In this document: piece after piece, positions 28,680 through 37,055 of the stretch
Layout of the letters: each line of letters starts with the position of its first letter
Numbering within the stretch: the first letter of the stretch is position 1
NCBI GenBank assembly: GCA_963756875.1
Contig: CAVWPA010000003.1
Span: forward strand, 448,001 to 512,000
Direction: 5' to 3'
DNA length: 64,000 nucleotides
Source: an uncultured Verrucomicrobiae bacterium
Lineage (GTDB): Bacteria > Verrucomicrobiota > Verrucomicrobiia > Chthoniobacterales > UBA10450
Program-made: the position numbers and the translations under genes
Notes under the pieces: generated by a model
Told to the model about the DNA's origin: nothing
Seen by the model: the letters and a program-made list of their open reading frames with translations, nothing else
Database searches by the model: none

Positions 28680-30473
28680 TCATTTTTGCTGGGAAGAATG
28701 TCGCCAAGCGTCGATGTGGAATTTGTAAAGGTTGGCGATATTCACGGAGCGCGGATCGCGCGCTCGCGCAAGATCGTACATCCATTCGGCCTCGGAAAAG
28801 CGGCCCATCGCATCATATAAATAGGCCGCGTCCAGAGGATAGGTACCATCGAGGGGGCAGAGACGGTGCGCCGCGTCAAATGCAGCAAGGGCCCCTTCAT
28901 ACCAATGGAAACGATTTCCGGACGAACGTTCCTTATCGCCGAGCGCCGCAAAAGCCCGGCCGAAGTAAAAATAGATATTCGGGTTCCGCTTTTCGTAGGC
29001 AAGGGCTTTGTTCGCCAACGCAACCGCTTCTGCCGGATGTTCGTTCTCCAAAGCGCTGCGCGCGCGGCCGGCGAAATATTCGCCCGGATAAAGACGGATG
29101 CATTGCCAAAGCAGAAACGCGGAGAGCAATACCAGCGCAACACGCAAGGCAGGAGATGTGGCCGGACCCGGGATTTGAGAATCGAAGCGCGTGCCGGGAT
29201 TGGCGAGGATGCCGAAGACGAATGCTATAAGGAGCGCATTGGCGGGGAGATGCATGTTAAAATCGACAAGCGAATGCACGGCGTAGGCGGCAATAACGCA
29301 AAATGCTCCGATGTTCAGAGCAAGCCGATTGCTGCGCGGAAAAGCGCCGGCGCCGAGACGCTTCGGTCCGATACGAAGGAATGTGTTCCATCCCCGGCGC
29401 ATGTGCAGGCCGAAAAACAGCAGGAAGGACAGCGCGCCAACAAGTCCGTAGTCGCAAAGGAGATTGAGATAATCGTTGTGAACGTAAACCGGGTCGGCCT
29501 GCAATCTCTCGGAGCGGAATTGTCGCCCGTAGAAGCGATAGGTGCCGCCTCCTGTACCAATGAGTGGTTGCAATTTCCATTGATCGAGGGCTGCGCGCCA
29601 CATATCGACGCGGCTGGTATCGACGGTGACGATGTTTGTCAGGCGTTCGCGCAACGCCGGGCTTTGGTAAATGAGATATCGCGCGCCGAAGATTGCGACC
29701 ACGACGATGATAAGCGCGATTGCGCCGTAGGTGCGCAGCAGAGATGGTTTACCCGCGCGCAAAACAAGCAAGCTGAGAATGGCGAAGACGACCAGGCTTG
29801 CCGTTGCGCTGAGATAACCGCCGCGACTGGCGGTCAGCGCGAGGCCGATGTAGCAGGTGAGCGCCAGATAGCCGACGACCACTCGCGCCCAGCCCGGCAA
29901 GCGGCTCCAGCACGCGACGCTCACGCCAAGGATCGCGAGTATTTCGAGCAAACCGGCAAGGTGATCCGGGTTGCCATAGAGCCCGCTGGCGCGGCTCGTT
30001 ACGGTTAGCCTTTGCAGGAACGGCGTGATGGCAAGGTTTTCGCCGAGACCGAATTGGGCCAGACCCACGAGAACATGCCAGACCGCGAAGATGAGCAAGC
30101 CGAGTATGAGCGCGATGCGACCGGTGGAACCCGTAAGAATAATTGAGACGAGCATGTAAATCACCGAGGCCGCTAGGACAAGGTAAAGGTCCGCACGCGC
30201 ATTGTACGGGGCGCGCGAAGTCACGCTGCGTACAACAATCCATAACCCGAAGAGAGCGGCGGATGTGAAACAAAGAAAATCGATGCGCGAGTCGAAACGC
30301 AGACTGGCGAAACCCAGGACGCCAGCGATGGCAATTAAACCGTATGCCGGGAGATCGACAAGGAGTCCCTCAGCGGCATTGGAGACCTGGAGGAATAAAA
30401 GCGCCGCGCCGACCAGAAGCAGGAGAAGGCTTTGCCAAAAACGGCCGGGCGACAGAGCCGTCACAGGTGGCAA
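28680..30473 (-). CDS. O-antigen ligase (Wzy_C) family membrane protein with C-terminal TPR
   Basis: Multiple TM helices; RASGLYGNPDHLAG, TASRGG, GTGGGT, VHNDYL, HSLVDFNMH. Confidence 0.9.
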   Translation of the reverse strand: MPPVTALSPGRFWQSLLLLLVGAALLFLQVSNAAEGLLVDLPAYGLIAIAGVLGFASLRFDSRIDFLCFTSAALFGLWIVVRSVTSRAPYNARADLYLVLAASVIYMLVSIILTGSTGRIALILGLLIFAVWHVLVGLAQFGLGENLAITPFLQRLTVTSRASGLYGNPDHLAGLLEILAILGVSVACWSRLPGWARVVVGYLALTCYIGLALTASRGGYLSATASLVVFAILSLLVLRAGKPSLLRTYGAIALIIVVVAIFGARYLIYQSPALRERLTNIVTVDTSRVDMWRAALDQWKLQPLIGTGGGTYRFYGRQFRSERLQADPVYVHNDYLNLLCDYGLVGALSFLLFFGLHMRRGWNTFLRIGPKRLGAGAFPRSNRLALNIGAFCVIAAYAVHSLVDFNMHLPANALLIAFVFGILANPGTRFDSQIPGPATSPALRVALVLLSAFLLWQCIRLYPGEYFAGRARSALENEHPAEAVALANKALAYEKRNPNIYFYFGRAFAALGDKERSSGNRFHWYEGALAAFDAAHRLCPLDGTYPLDAAYLYDAMGRFSEAEWMYDLARARDPRSVNIANLYKFHIDAWRHSSQQK

Positions 30474-30521
30474 CGAACCGGGCGGAATAGGATAATGCGC
30501 CGATCCTGAAAAAAACGGAAC

Positions 30522-30767
30522 CTACGGGTTGCTGGCAGAGCAGGGGCCGTCAGGGTCTCCATGATCCTTGTGGCGGCGATAATCCGCACTGTCACACGGG
30601 AACGTGAGCGTGACAGATCGCTTGTGACAGACAGTGCAATCTGCGGCCATCACCTTGCGCGGGGTGAGCACAAAACAGAGCATGACAGCAGCCGAAACAA
30701 AGAGCACTAGGACAAGGAGGATCCGCAGAACCGTCCAACGCTGGGGAAAAGCGGGGATTATTTTCAT
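30522..30767 (-). CDS. Small exported Cys/His-rich protein (CHK...HxxHGDxxGPC motif)
   Basis: Start MKIIPAF; TM or signal segment, then DCTVCHKRSVTLTFPC...RRHKDHGDPDGPC. Confidence 0.7.
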   Translation of the reverse strand: MKIIPAFPQRWTVLRILLVLVLFVSAAVMLCFVLTPRKVMAADCTVCHKRSVTLTFPCDSADYRRHKDHGDPDGPCSASNP

Positions 30768-30985
30768 GGCAAGAACGTGTTCGGGGATTCTATTCAGGGA
30801 CTGCGTGCAAAGGCAAGCCTTATTTTTCGACTGTAGAGGGAGGGAAGTGAAGAAAGAGAGGCATCCGCACGGCAAAAAAGGGGGCATTTACCAGCAAGGG
30901 TTTCCTTGAAAATCGGGAACTCTTTTTTATCGACATATAAAAAGAAATCTGTCAGGCTGAAAACTAGTTTTAACGGCCCATCTCA

Positions 30986-31597
30986 ATGAAACAATCGCCG
31001 CTCGTAGCTGTTTTCTTCGGCATCGCAGTTTTGCTTTCCTCGGGTCTAACCTGTTCCGCCCAGGAAGTGATTATAAATGGCGGGTTCGAATCTTCTTCGC
31101 CTCCCGCAAACTTCGGTCCAGGCTGGAGCCATTCGGATCCGTCCGATTTTGATTGGATCGGAATTGAATCCGAATTCGCGCATTCCGGTTCGAATTACGC
31201 GAACCTGGGTACTACAGACCCCGATTTTGGAAGTTTGAGTCAAACCTTCGCGACGACCGTCGGGATGTCATACGATCTCTCTTTTTGGCTGGCTCACGAT
31301 GTCACCGATTCACCCTCAAATTCGTTCGAAGTGCTCTTCGGCGGAGTGCCTGTCGTGACCCTGGCGCCCGATGTCGGAGCTTTTGATTACACGCATTTTA
31401 CGATTTCCGGCCTGGTCGCCACGAGCACATCTACAACTCTGGAATTCCGCTACCAGGATAATGACGACTTTTTCCGGCTCGACGATGTTTCAGTGGTGCC
31501 CGAGCCCCCGGCTACGTGGCTGGCACTGGTTGGATTGTCCTTTTTCGGTCTGGCGGCATATCGACGGAGCAGTCGTCGCGGGTCAACCTTGGTTTAA
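30986..31597 (+). CDS. PEP-CTERM protein with a carbohydrate-binding-like (NGGFE) domain
   Basis: IINGGFES...SLSQTFATTVG..YDLSFW...LDDVSV followed by VPEPPATWLALVGLSFFGLAAYRR. Confidence 0.9.
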   Translation: MKQSPLVAVFFGIAVLLSSGLTCSAQEVIINGGFESSSPPANFGPGWSHSDPSDFDWIGIESEFAHSGSNYANLGTTDPDFGSLSQTFATTVGMSYDLSFWLAHDVTDSPSNSFEVLFGGVPVVTLAPDVGAFDYTHFTISGLVATSTSTTLEFRYQDNDDFFRLDDVSVVPEPPATWLALVGLSFFGLAAYRRSSRRGSTLV

Positions 31598-31607
31598 CCT
31601 TTAAAGG

Positions 31608-31970
31608 TTATGGCGGACCCGCGTTCCGCAAGTGGCGAGAGTCTTTGCCGACTCCGCTGGGATGCGCCCGCGATCGCTCTCCAAAATAGTCGAGCATACT
31701 GCAGCCGACGTTCATTCGATCGTAACTGCAATCGCACGCGCCTGTCTTTTCAAATTCCTCCGCCAGACGTTCGTTTGCGGCGGTGACCAACTCGGAGAGC
31801 GCTTCGATCAGGGCCACCGTAACCATGGGGTCCCCCTTCTCGAACGGCATCTCTTCCAGCCGTCCATGGTTTTCAACCAGCGGCGGCTTTCCTGCTAAAA
31901 AAAGATCCGAAATACCGTCGCCGCTGCGCAGCATTCTGGTGATCGACCGATCAAGCGCCGTTTTGTGCAT
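31608..31970 (-). pseudogene. Truncated pilT paralog (N-terminal ~83 codons)
   Basis: MHKTALD...DGISDLFLAGKPPLVENHGRL...NERL..EF..TGACDCSY aligns to the start of the PilT at 23628; similarity stops at ~31722 and there is no Walker A. Confidence 0.82.
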
Positions 31971-31988
31971 TCCGGTGGGTGCTCGATG

Positions 31989-32004
31989 AGCTAGGATCAT
32001 GCCC
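31989..32004 (-). promoter_or_regulatory. Putative sigma-54 promoter of the pilT remnant
   Basis: GGGCATGATCCTAGCT, at nearly the same distance from ATG as in the intact pilT. Confidence 0.6.
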
Positions 32005-32030
32005 AACAAATTGGATCGCTAAGCAGGCAA

Positions 32031-32046
32031 AGGCTCGCAAGTTGCT
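32031..32046 (+). promoter_or_regulatory. Putative sigma-54 promoter of the exosortase
   Basis: AGGCTCGCAAGTTGCT upstream of ATG 32063. Confidence 0.55.
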
Positions 32047-32062
32047 CGGAGTCGGCTATGCT

Positions 32063-33649
32063 ATGCCGGAGATGAAAGGCACGATGGCGCCTGCGGATAT
32101 CGTCCATTCCCCAAGTTCCAGGATTGCCTTCGGGCCAATCGCTATTGCTGTGATCTTTTTCGGGCTGCTCTGGCTCGAGCTAATCTACCAGTTGAAATCC
32201 GAATGGTCGCTGAACCCCGAGTACGGTTATGGCTGGAGCGTTCCTTTTCTCGCACTCTATTTGATCTGGAGACGCTGGGGAACGCGTCCTTCGCCCGCGC
32301 CGGCAAATTCGCGGGCCCTGCCCATCGCGCTGATGCTGTGTTGTGCGTTTCTTTTCCTGCCGATACGGCTTATTTCCGAGGCGAATCCGGATTGGCGTTT
32401 GTTAAGCTGGCTGTTCGCGATTGTCGCCGTAACCGTCTCCGTTTCGTGGGTGTATCTAATCGGCGGGCGACCCTGGCTGCGCCACTTTGCTTTCCCTATT
32501 TTTTTCTTCCTTGTAGCCGTCCCGTGGCCGACGCATCTCGAACAATTCGTCGTCCAAAACCTGATGCGGTCCGTTACCGCGATTAATGTTTTTTTCCTCA
32601 ACCTGGCGGGGGTGCCTGCGCTTCAGCATGGGAACGTGATCGAAGTCGGCTCCGGTTTGATCGGAATCGAAGAAGCATGCAGCGGCGTGCGTTCGCTTCA
32701 GGCCACGTTGATGATCTCGCTTTTTCTCGGCGAACTTTATTCCTTCAAGGTTAGTCGCCGGATTCTGCTCGTCGTTGCGGGCGGGTTGCTCGCCTTTTTT
32801 TGCAATGTGATTCGGACCGCGATTCTGGTCTGGGTGGGAGCAAAGAACGGCGCCAAATCCATCGAAGCGTGGCACGATCCCGCCGGACTCACCATCCTGC
32901 TGGTCTGTCTCTTTGGACTTTGGTTGATCAGTTTGATTCTGCGGCATCGGACCGCAACGTCGGTGGAACTACCTGCCGCCCATCACGACCGCCTCCCGAT
33001 TCGTTTTTCACGGCCTTTGCTTGTTGGTTTGGCGCTCTGGTTGATCGCCGCGGAAGCGGGGGTGCAAATATGGTATTACGCGCATGAGACCCCGGCAGCT
33101 GCGTCGCGCTGGGTGGTGCGCTGGCCGCAATCGGAGATGGCGTACAAGCAGGTGCCGATCGCCCCCGAGGCGGCGGATCTGTTGCGCTACAATGCGGGCG
33201 GCGGCGCAAGTTGGCAGGGCCGCGATGGCCATCAATGGATGATGTATTTCTTCCGCTGGCTTCCGGGGCGCACTGCCGCTCTCTTTGTTAAAATTCATCG
33301 CCCCGACATTTGCCTGCCGGCCAGCGGCATCACCATGGAACGGGACAATGGCATTCGCTTACTCAAGGTGAATGGCGTGAACCTGCCTGTTCGCTCCTAT
33401 CGTTTCGACGACCATGGCGCGCCGCTGCATGTTTTCTATTGCTACTGGGACGCGCGCTCTTCCTATCAAAACGAAAAGATCGCCGACGAAGAGGATTGGA
33501 CGCCCAAGGGGCGTCTGCGCGCCGCCATGCGCGGGCGTCGAGAGATCGGCGCGCAAATGCTCGAGGTGATTGTCTGGGGCTACGACGATGATGCCCGGGC
33601 AAGTGAAGCGCTGCAGCGTGAACTCGAGCAAGCCGTCCGTGGCGGTTAA
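32063..33649 (+). CDS. Exosortase with a C-terminal EpsI-like periplasmic domain
   Basis: Multi-TM; YGYGWSVP, catalytic EEACSGVRSL, CNVIR, WHD; C-terminal IHRPDICLPASG region. Start is ATG 32063, 32072 or 32084. Confidence 0.92.
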   Translation: MPEMKGTMAPADIVHSPSSRIAFGPIAIAVIFFGLLWLELIYQLKSEWSLNPEYGYGWSVPFLALYLIWRRWGTRPSPAPANSRALPIALMLCCAFLFLPIRLISEANPDWRLLSWLFAIVAVTVSVSWVYLIGGRPWLRHFAFPIFFFLVAVPWPTHLEQFVVQNLMRSVTAINVFFLNLAGVPALQHGNVIEVGSGLIGIEEACSGVRSLQATLMISLFLGELYSFKVSRRILLVVAGGLLAFFCNVIRTAILVWVGAKNGAKSIEAWHDPAGLTILLVCLFGLWLISLILRHRTATSVELPAAHHDRLPIRFSRPLLVGLALWLIAAEAGVQIWYYAHETPAAASRWVVRWPQSEMAYKQVPIAPEAADLLRYNAGGGASWQGRDGHQWMMYFFRWLPGRTAALFVKIHRPDICLPASGITMERDNGIRLLKVNGVNLPVRSYRFDDHGAPLHVFYCYWDARSSYQNEKIADEEDWTPKGRLRAAMRGRREIGAQMLEVIVWGYDDDARASEALQRELEQAVRGG

Positions 33650-33735
33650 TCGGGGCGCCGCTCGTCGTATTGTTGCTCGCTCGTTTTAGCGAGAGCTACC
33701 GATACAGCGGCACCAAGGTCAACACGGAGCGATTA

Positions 33736-34452
33736 TCAAGGGCTGACAACGGGAGGCGGTATGATTTGGGAGCCTCCCCTGAGGAAGATCCTTTTCGCAA
33801 TCACGTAGCCGTTCACAATGGAATGATTTTGAATTTCGACGTCTCGGTGTGGTGCCTGCAGTGTACCGGTCAAAGTAGATCGCTGGCGGATCCTCACGTC
33901 GCGGCCTCGCCCGACAATGTTGAAGATTACATCCGACGGCTGCAAGCCGCCCGATAAGATAATGTTTGAGGAATGAAGCAACGAAAACCGATTCTGTACA
34001 TTAATAGTAATCATGGTTCCGGTTGTGCCCTCCAACGTCAGGATCCCGTTGTTCAGAACGAAGTTCGTCAGGTTTAAGACGGTATTTTCTGAGAATGTGA
34101 GCGTCAGGCTCTGGTCGCGCAGGTGAATCCATTCCCTGGCGTCGTTCTGACCGGACGACAAAGCGGAGAAAGCCGAGCTCAATGCCTCGTTTGTGTACGC
34201 GAAAGTTTCGCCCACCGACAGGCCGTCATCAGCCTCCTGCGAAAAAAAGTCAGTCATCCTGCTGGCGGCCGACATGTTGAACGCGCCCGGTGCGGCCCCG
34301 CGGATTGTGTCTGCCAGATCCACCTTGGTCATTTTCGCGGCAAAGATGTTTCCCGGCGTCGAATTGCCTTTCGCATGGGGAATCCCGAAGAGCAATCCGA
34401 GCGCAATGGCCGCCAACGGCAACCGTTTTTTTTGAGGCCAGTTGATGTGCAT
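33736..34452 (-). CDS. Secreted beta-solenoid protein (ice-binding/choice-of-anchor-A-like), ending IIPPPVVSP
   Basis: Signal peptide; VLNLTNFVLNNG...IILSGGLQPSDVIFNI...GTLQAP...VNGYVIA repeats. Confidence 0.7.
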   Translation of the reverse strand: MHINWPQKKRLPLAAIALGLLFGIPHAKGNSTPGNIFAAKMTKVDLADTIRGAAPGAFNMSAASRMTDFFSQEADDGLSVGETFAYTNEALSSAFSALSSGQNDAREWIHLRDQSLTLTFSENTVLNLTNFVLNNGILTLEGTTGTMITINVQNRFSLLHSSNIILSGGLQPSDVIFNIVGRGRDVRIRQRSTLTGTLQAPHRDVEIQNHSIVNGYVIAKRIFLRGGSQIIPPPVVSP

Positions 34453-34522
34453 TTCGTAACGGCATTGCCCGCTTCGGAATGATCCTCCGTTGGCGCCGCT
34501 GCCGTGTCCCTGCTTTGGATGG

Positions 34523-34538
34523 AGCACGTGCTGTGCCG
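34523..34538 (-). promoter_or_regulatory. Putative sigma-54 -24/-12 promoter
   Basis: CGGCACAGCACGTGCT on the minus strand upstream of the beta-solenoid gene. Confidence 0.5.
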
Positions 34539-34635
34539 GGGGCGCCGCCTGATCGACTAAAAAACGCGCCTTGCGAGCGGTTCAATGAATCGACATTCTC
34601 GCCGACGCGAAGTACCGTAGATTGTTTCTCACGTA

Positions 34636-35289
34636 ATGAAGAAGCCTCCGTTCGACTACGCCGGTTTTCGCCACGAATACATCGGAGAAGGATTGCGGCG
34701 CGCCGACCTTGACGCCGACCCGATCAAGCAGTTTGACGTCTGGTTTACCGCCGCGGCCAAAGCCGGGATTCACGACGCGAATGCCATGGCGCTGGCCACC
34801 AGCAGCCGGGACGGGAAACCGTCTGCGCGCATCGTTCTCCTTAAGGATTTCGACGAAAACGGATTTGTTTTCTATACGAATTACGCCAGCGAGAAAGGCC
34901 GGCAGTTGGAAAAAAATCCACGCGTTGCGCTGGTGCTGTACTGGATGGAAGTGGAACGGCAGATCCGAATGGAGGGAACGGTGGAAAAGACTTCGCGCGA
35001 GGACTCGGAGCGATATTTTCGTAGCCGACCTGCGGGCGCGCAGCTTGGAGCCTGGGCTTCGCGCCAAAGTGAAGTGATTGACGGCCGTCGAGTGCTCAAT
35101 GCCCGGCTCGAGGAGATGAAACAGCGCTTTGCCGAAGGGAAAATTCCATTGCCGCCGCATTGGGGAGGTTATCGGCTCAAGCCCGAGCAATTCGAGTTTT
35201 GGCAAGGTCGCCACGATCGTTTGCACGATCGGTTTCGCTACACGCGTCAGGAGGGTCGCGGGTGGCTGATCGAGCGGTTGGCACCCTGA
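34636..35289 (+). CDS. pdxH: Pyridoxamine 5'-phosphate oxidase
   Basis: PSARIVLLK, FYTNYASEKG, RQIRMEG, WGGYRL, EFWQGRHDRLHDR, ERLAP. Confidence 0.97.
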   Translation: MKKPPFDYAGFRHEYIGEGLRRADLDADPIKQFDVWFTAAAKAGIHDANAMALATSSRDGKPSARIVLLKDFDENGFVFYTNYASEKGRQLEKNPRVALVLYWMEVERQIRMEGTVEKTSREDSERYFRSRPAGAQLGAWASRQSEVIDGRRVLNARLEEMKQRFAEGKIPLPPHWGGYRLKPEQFEFWQGRHDRLHDRFRYTRQEGRGWLIERLAP

Positions 35290-35295
35290 GCAGCC

Positions 35296-35360
35296 GGAGT
35301 GCTGGAGTGTTGATTTTCGTTTTCGACCGATATTCCAACACTCCACTACTCCACCACTCC
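35296..35360. repeat. Inverted octamer array
   Basis: GGAGTGCT GGAGTGTT ... AACACTCC ACTACTCC ACCACTCC. Confidence 0.7.
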
Positions 35361-35403
35361 AGCTTTGCGTTGCATGCGCGGCACGAAGTGGGGAGGACTT
35401 ACC

Positions 35404-35905
35404 ATGGGTGGAATTGACATTGTCCGCGGCGACATCACGAAGCTTGATATCGATGCAATCGTGAATGCCGCCAATACGTCGCTGCTCGGCGGCGGTGGAG
35501 TCGATGGGGCGATTCACCGCGCTGCTGGCCCGGGGCTTCTCGCCGAATGCCGAATTCTTGGAGGCTGTCCGCCGGGCGAAGCAAAAATCACGCGCGGATA
35601 TAATTTAGCCGCGCGGTTCATCATTCACACGGTCGGGCCGTTTTGGAGTGGCGGAAAACACGGCGAAGCGGAGATACTGGCGAATTGCTATCGAAATTCG
35701 TTACGGCTCGCCGCCGAAAATGGGATCAGGACGATCGCGTTTCCGGCCATCAGTTGCGGAAGCGTACCGCTATCCGGTTTCCGAGGCCGCGCAGATTGCC
35801 GTCGAAACAACGAGAAGATTTCTGGAAAGGGATGAGCGGGTCGAGAAGGTGATTTTCGCGCTCTTCAGCGGCGGGCTATTCGACGCCTATCGCCGCTTGC
35901 CATAA
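35404..35905 (+). CDS. Macrodomain O-acetyl-ADP-ribose deacetylase (YmdB-like), frameshift at ~35761
   Basis: [44 protein letters not shown]; removing one A restores [13 protein letters not shown]... to the stop at 35905. Confidence 0.9.
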
Positions 35906-35975
35906 GCGGCGGCGCCTTCAGCTGGCACGGGCGGCTTACCGCGCGACAGGTAAACCGCCGCTAACAGCGATTGAG

Positions 35976-36284
35976 TTAGAATCCGCTGCGAATTCCGCGG
36001 GAGGGATCGCGCGGTCCTATATCGTGGCTGAGTTTGGCCCACGCGGCGTGGACCGCGTGTCGCGCATGGTCCCACGGCAACGCTGCTCCAATCCTATTCC
36101 GTTGATAATCAAGGGCGACATCGTCTTGGATCTCTTCAAAGTTTTTGCCCGGATATTTCGCGGCTGCTTCTGCACCGGTATGGTAGGCCGGTGCGTAATG
36201 TTCGAAGGGAAGTTCCTTTTTCGCGTACGGCTGCTTTGCATGGTGTTCCCGCCAATACTCCAGTTCCTTTTTCGGATCGGCCAT
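35976..36284 (-). CDS. Hypothetical protein
   Basis: MADPKKELEYWREHH...PY...YAPAY..G...LPWDHARHAVHAAW, a recurring small-protein pattern. Confidence 0.7.
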   Translation of the reverse strand: MADPKKELEYWREHHAKQPYAKKELPFEHYAPAYHTGAEAAAKYPGKNFEEIQDDVALDYQRNRIGAALPWDHARHAVHAAWAKLSHDIGPRDPSRGIRSGF

Positions 36285-36394
36285 TTTGGCTCCTTTCGCT
36301 TTTGTGCTTATTGCCTTATTATTCTTTGAATCGATGCTGCCGCAAACGTTGGGAAAACGCAACCACCGGTCGAGCTGCGATTCATTAATGTACC

Positions 36395-36889
36395 ATGAAT
36401 GCAAACGACGATGAGTTTATCGAAGACGATCCGCTAGCTGCACCAAGACGCTCCGCGCGGGGGCGAAGGTCCTCCCGTGCAAGGGGACGTTTGAGCCAGG
36501 GCGCCCACCGGGTATCAAATGCAGGAAACGATGCCTGGCAGCAAGCCAAGGTAAAGGCGGGACTCACTCGCCGGCGCACCGAAATTTTCCTGCGCGAAAA
36601 TCCTGTGCCCATGATTCTTGGCGCCCTTGCTACGGGGCTGGCCATTGGCCTGGCTATTCGGTACGCGTCCAGCACCACGCAAAAGGAAACTGAACGCGAA
36701 CCTTCGTTTGCGGGTGTGGACTGGGGTGTCCTTTCGTTGCCATTTCTATGGCCATTTGTCAGGTCGCTTAAGGAAAAGTACGCCGATTCAGCCGAGGTCG
36801 TGAAGGAGGGCGTCGATCGCGTAAGAGACATCGACATTCACCGCTACACCAAGCCGATAAAGAAACGCTGGAAAGCCTGGACTCATTAA
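36395..36889 (+). CDS. DUF883/ElaB-like membrane protein
   Basis: RENPVPMILGALATGLAIGLAIR resembles the YqjD/ElaB C-terminal anchor. Confidence 0.6.
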   Translation: MNANDDEFIEDDPLAAPRRSARGRRSSRARGRLSQGAHRVSNAGNDAWQQAKVKAGLTRRRTEIFLRENPVPMILGALATGLAIGLAIRYASSTTQKETEREPSFAGVDWGVLSLPFLWPFVRSLKEKYADSAEVVKEGVDRVRDIDIHRYTKPIKKRWKAWTH

Positions 36890-36892
36890 AGT

Positions 36893-36998
36893 TGTTGCCG
36901 CGGCGCTCTGCCGCCGCGGTTGGGGTCGCCACCTGTTTAAGAACGCCCCGGCCCGCCTTCGACGAGCTTCGGCGCGGCAGGCAGAGCGGGCGGCTACA
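36893..36998. repeat. Degenerate REP-like doublet
   Basis: TGTTGCCGCGGCGCTCTGCCGCCGCG ... CAGAGCGGGCGGCTACA; palindromic, ends in CTAC. Confidence 0.55.
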
Positions 36999-37055
36999 GG
37001 TTCGCCTTTTTGTTTAGCGTGGAACTCTGCACACGCGGGATGATAATCTCGCCAT

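Noticed and set aside
9952..34635. Island as an autonomous mobile element
   Set aside because: No integrase, transposase, tRNA boundary or flanking direct repeat was found by eye.
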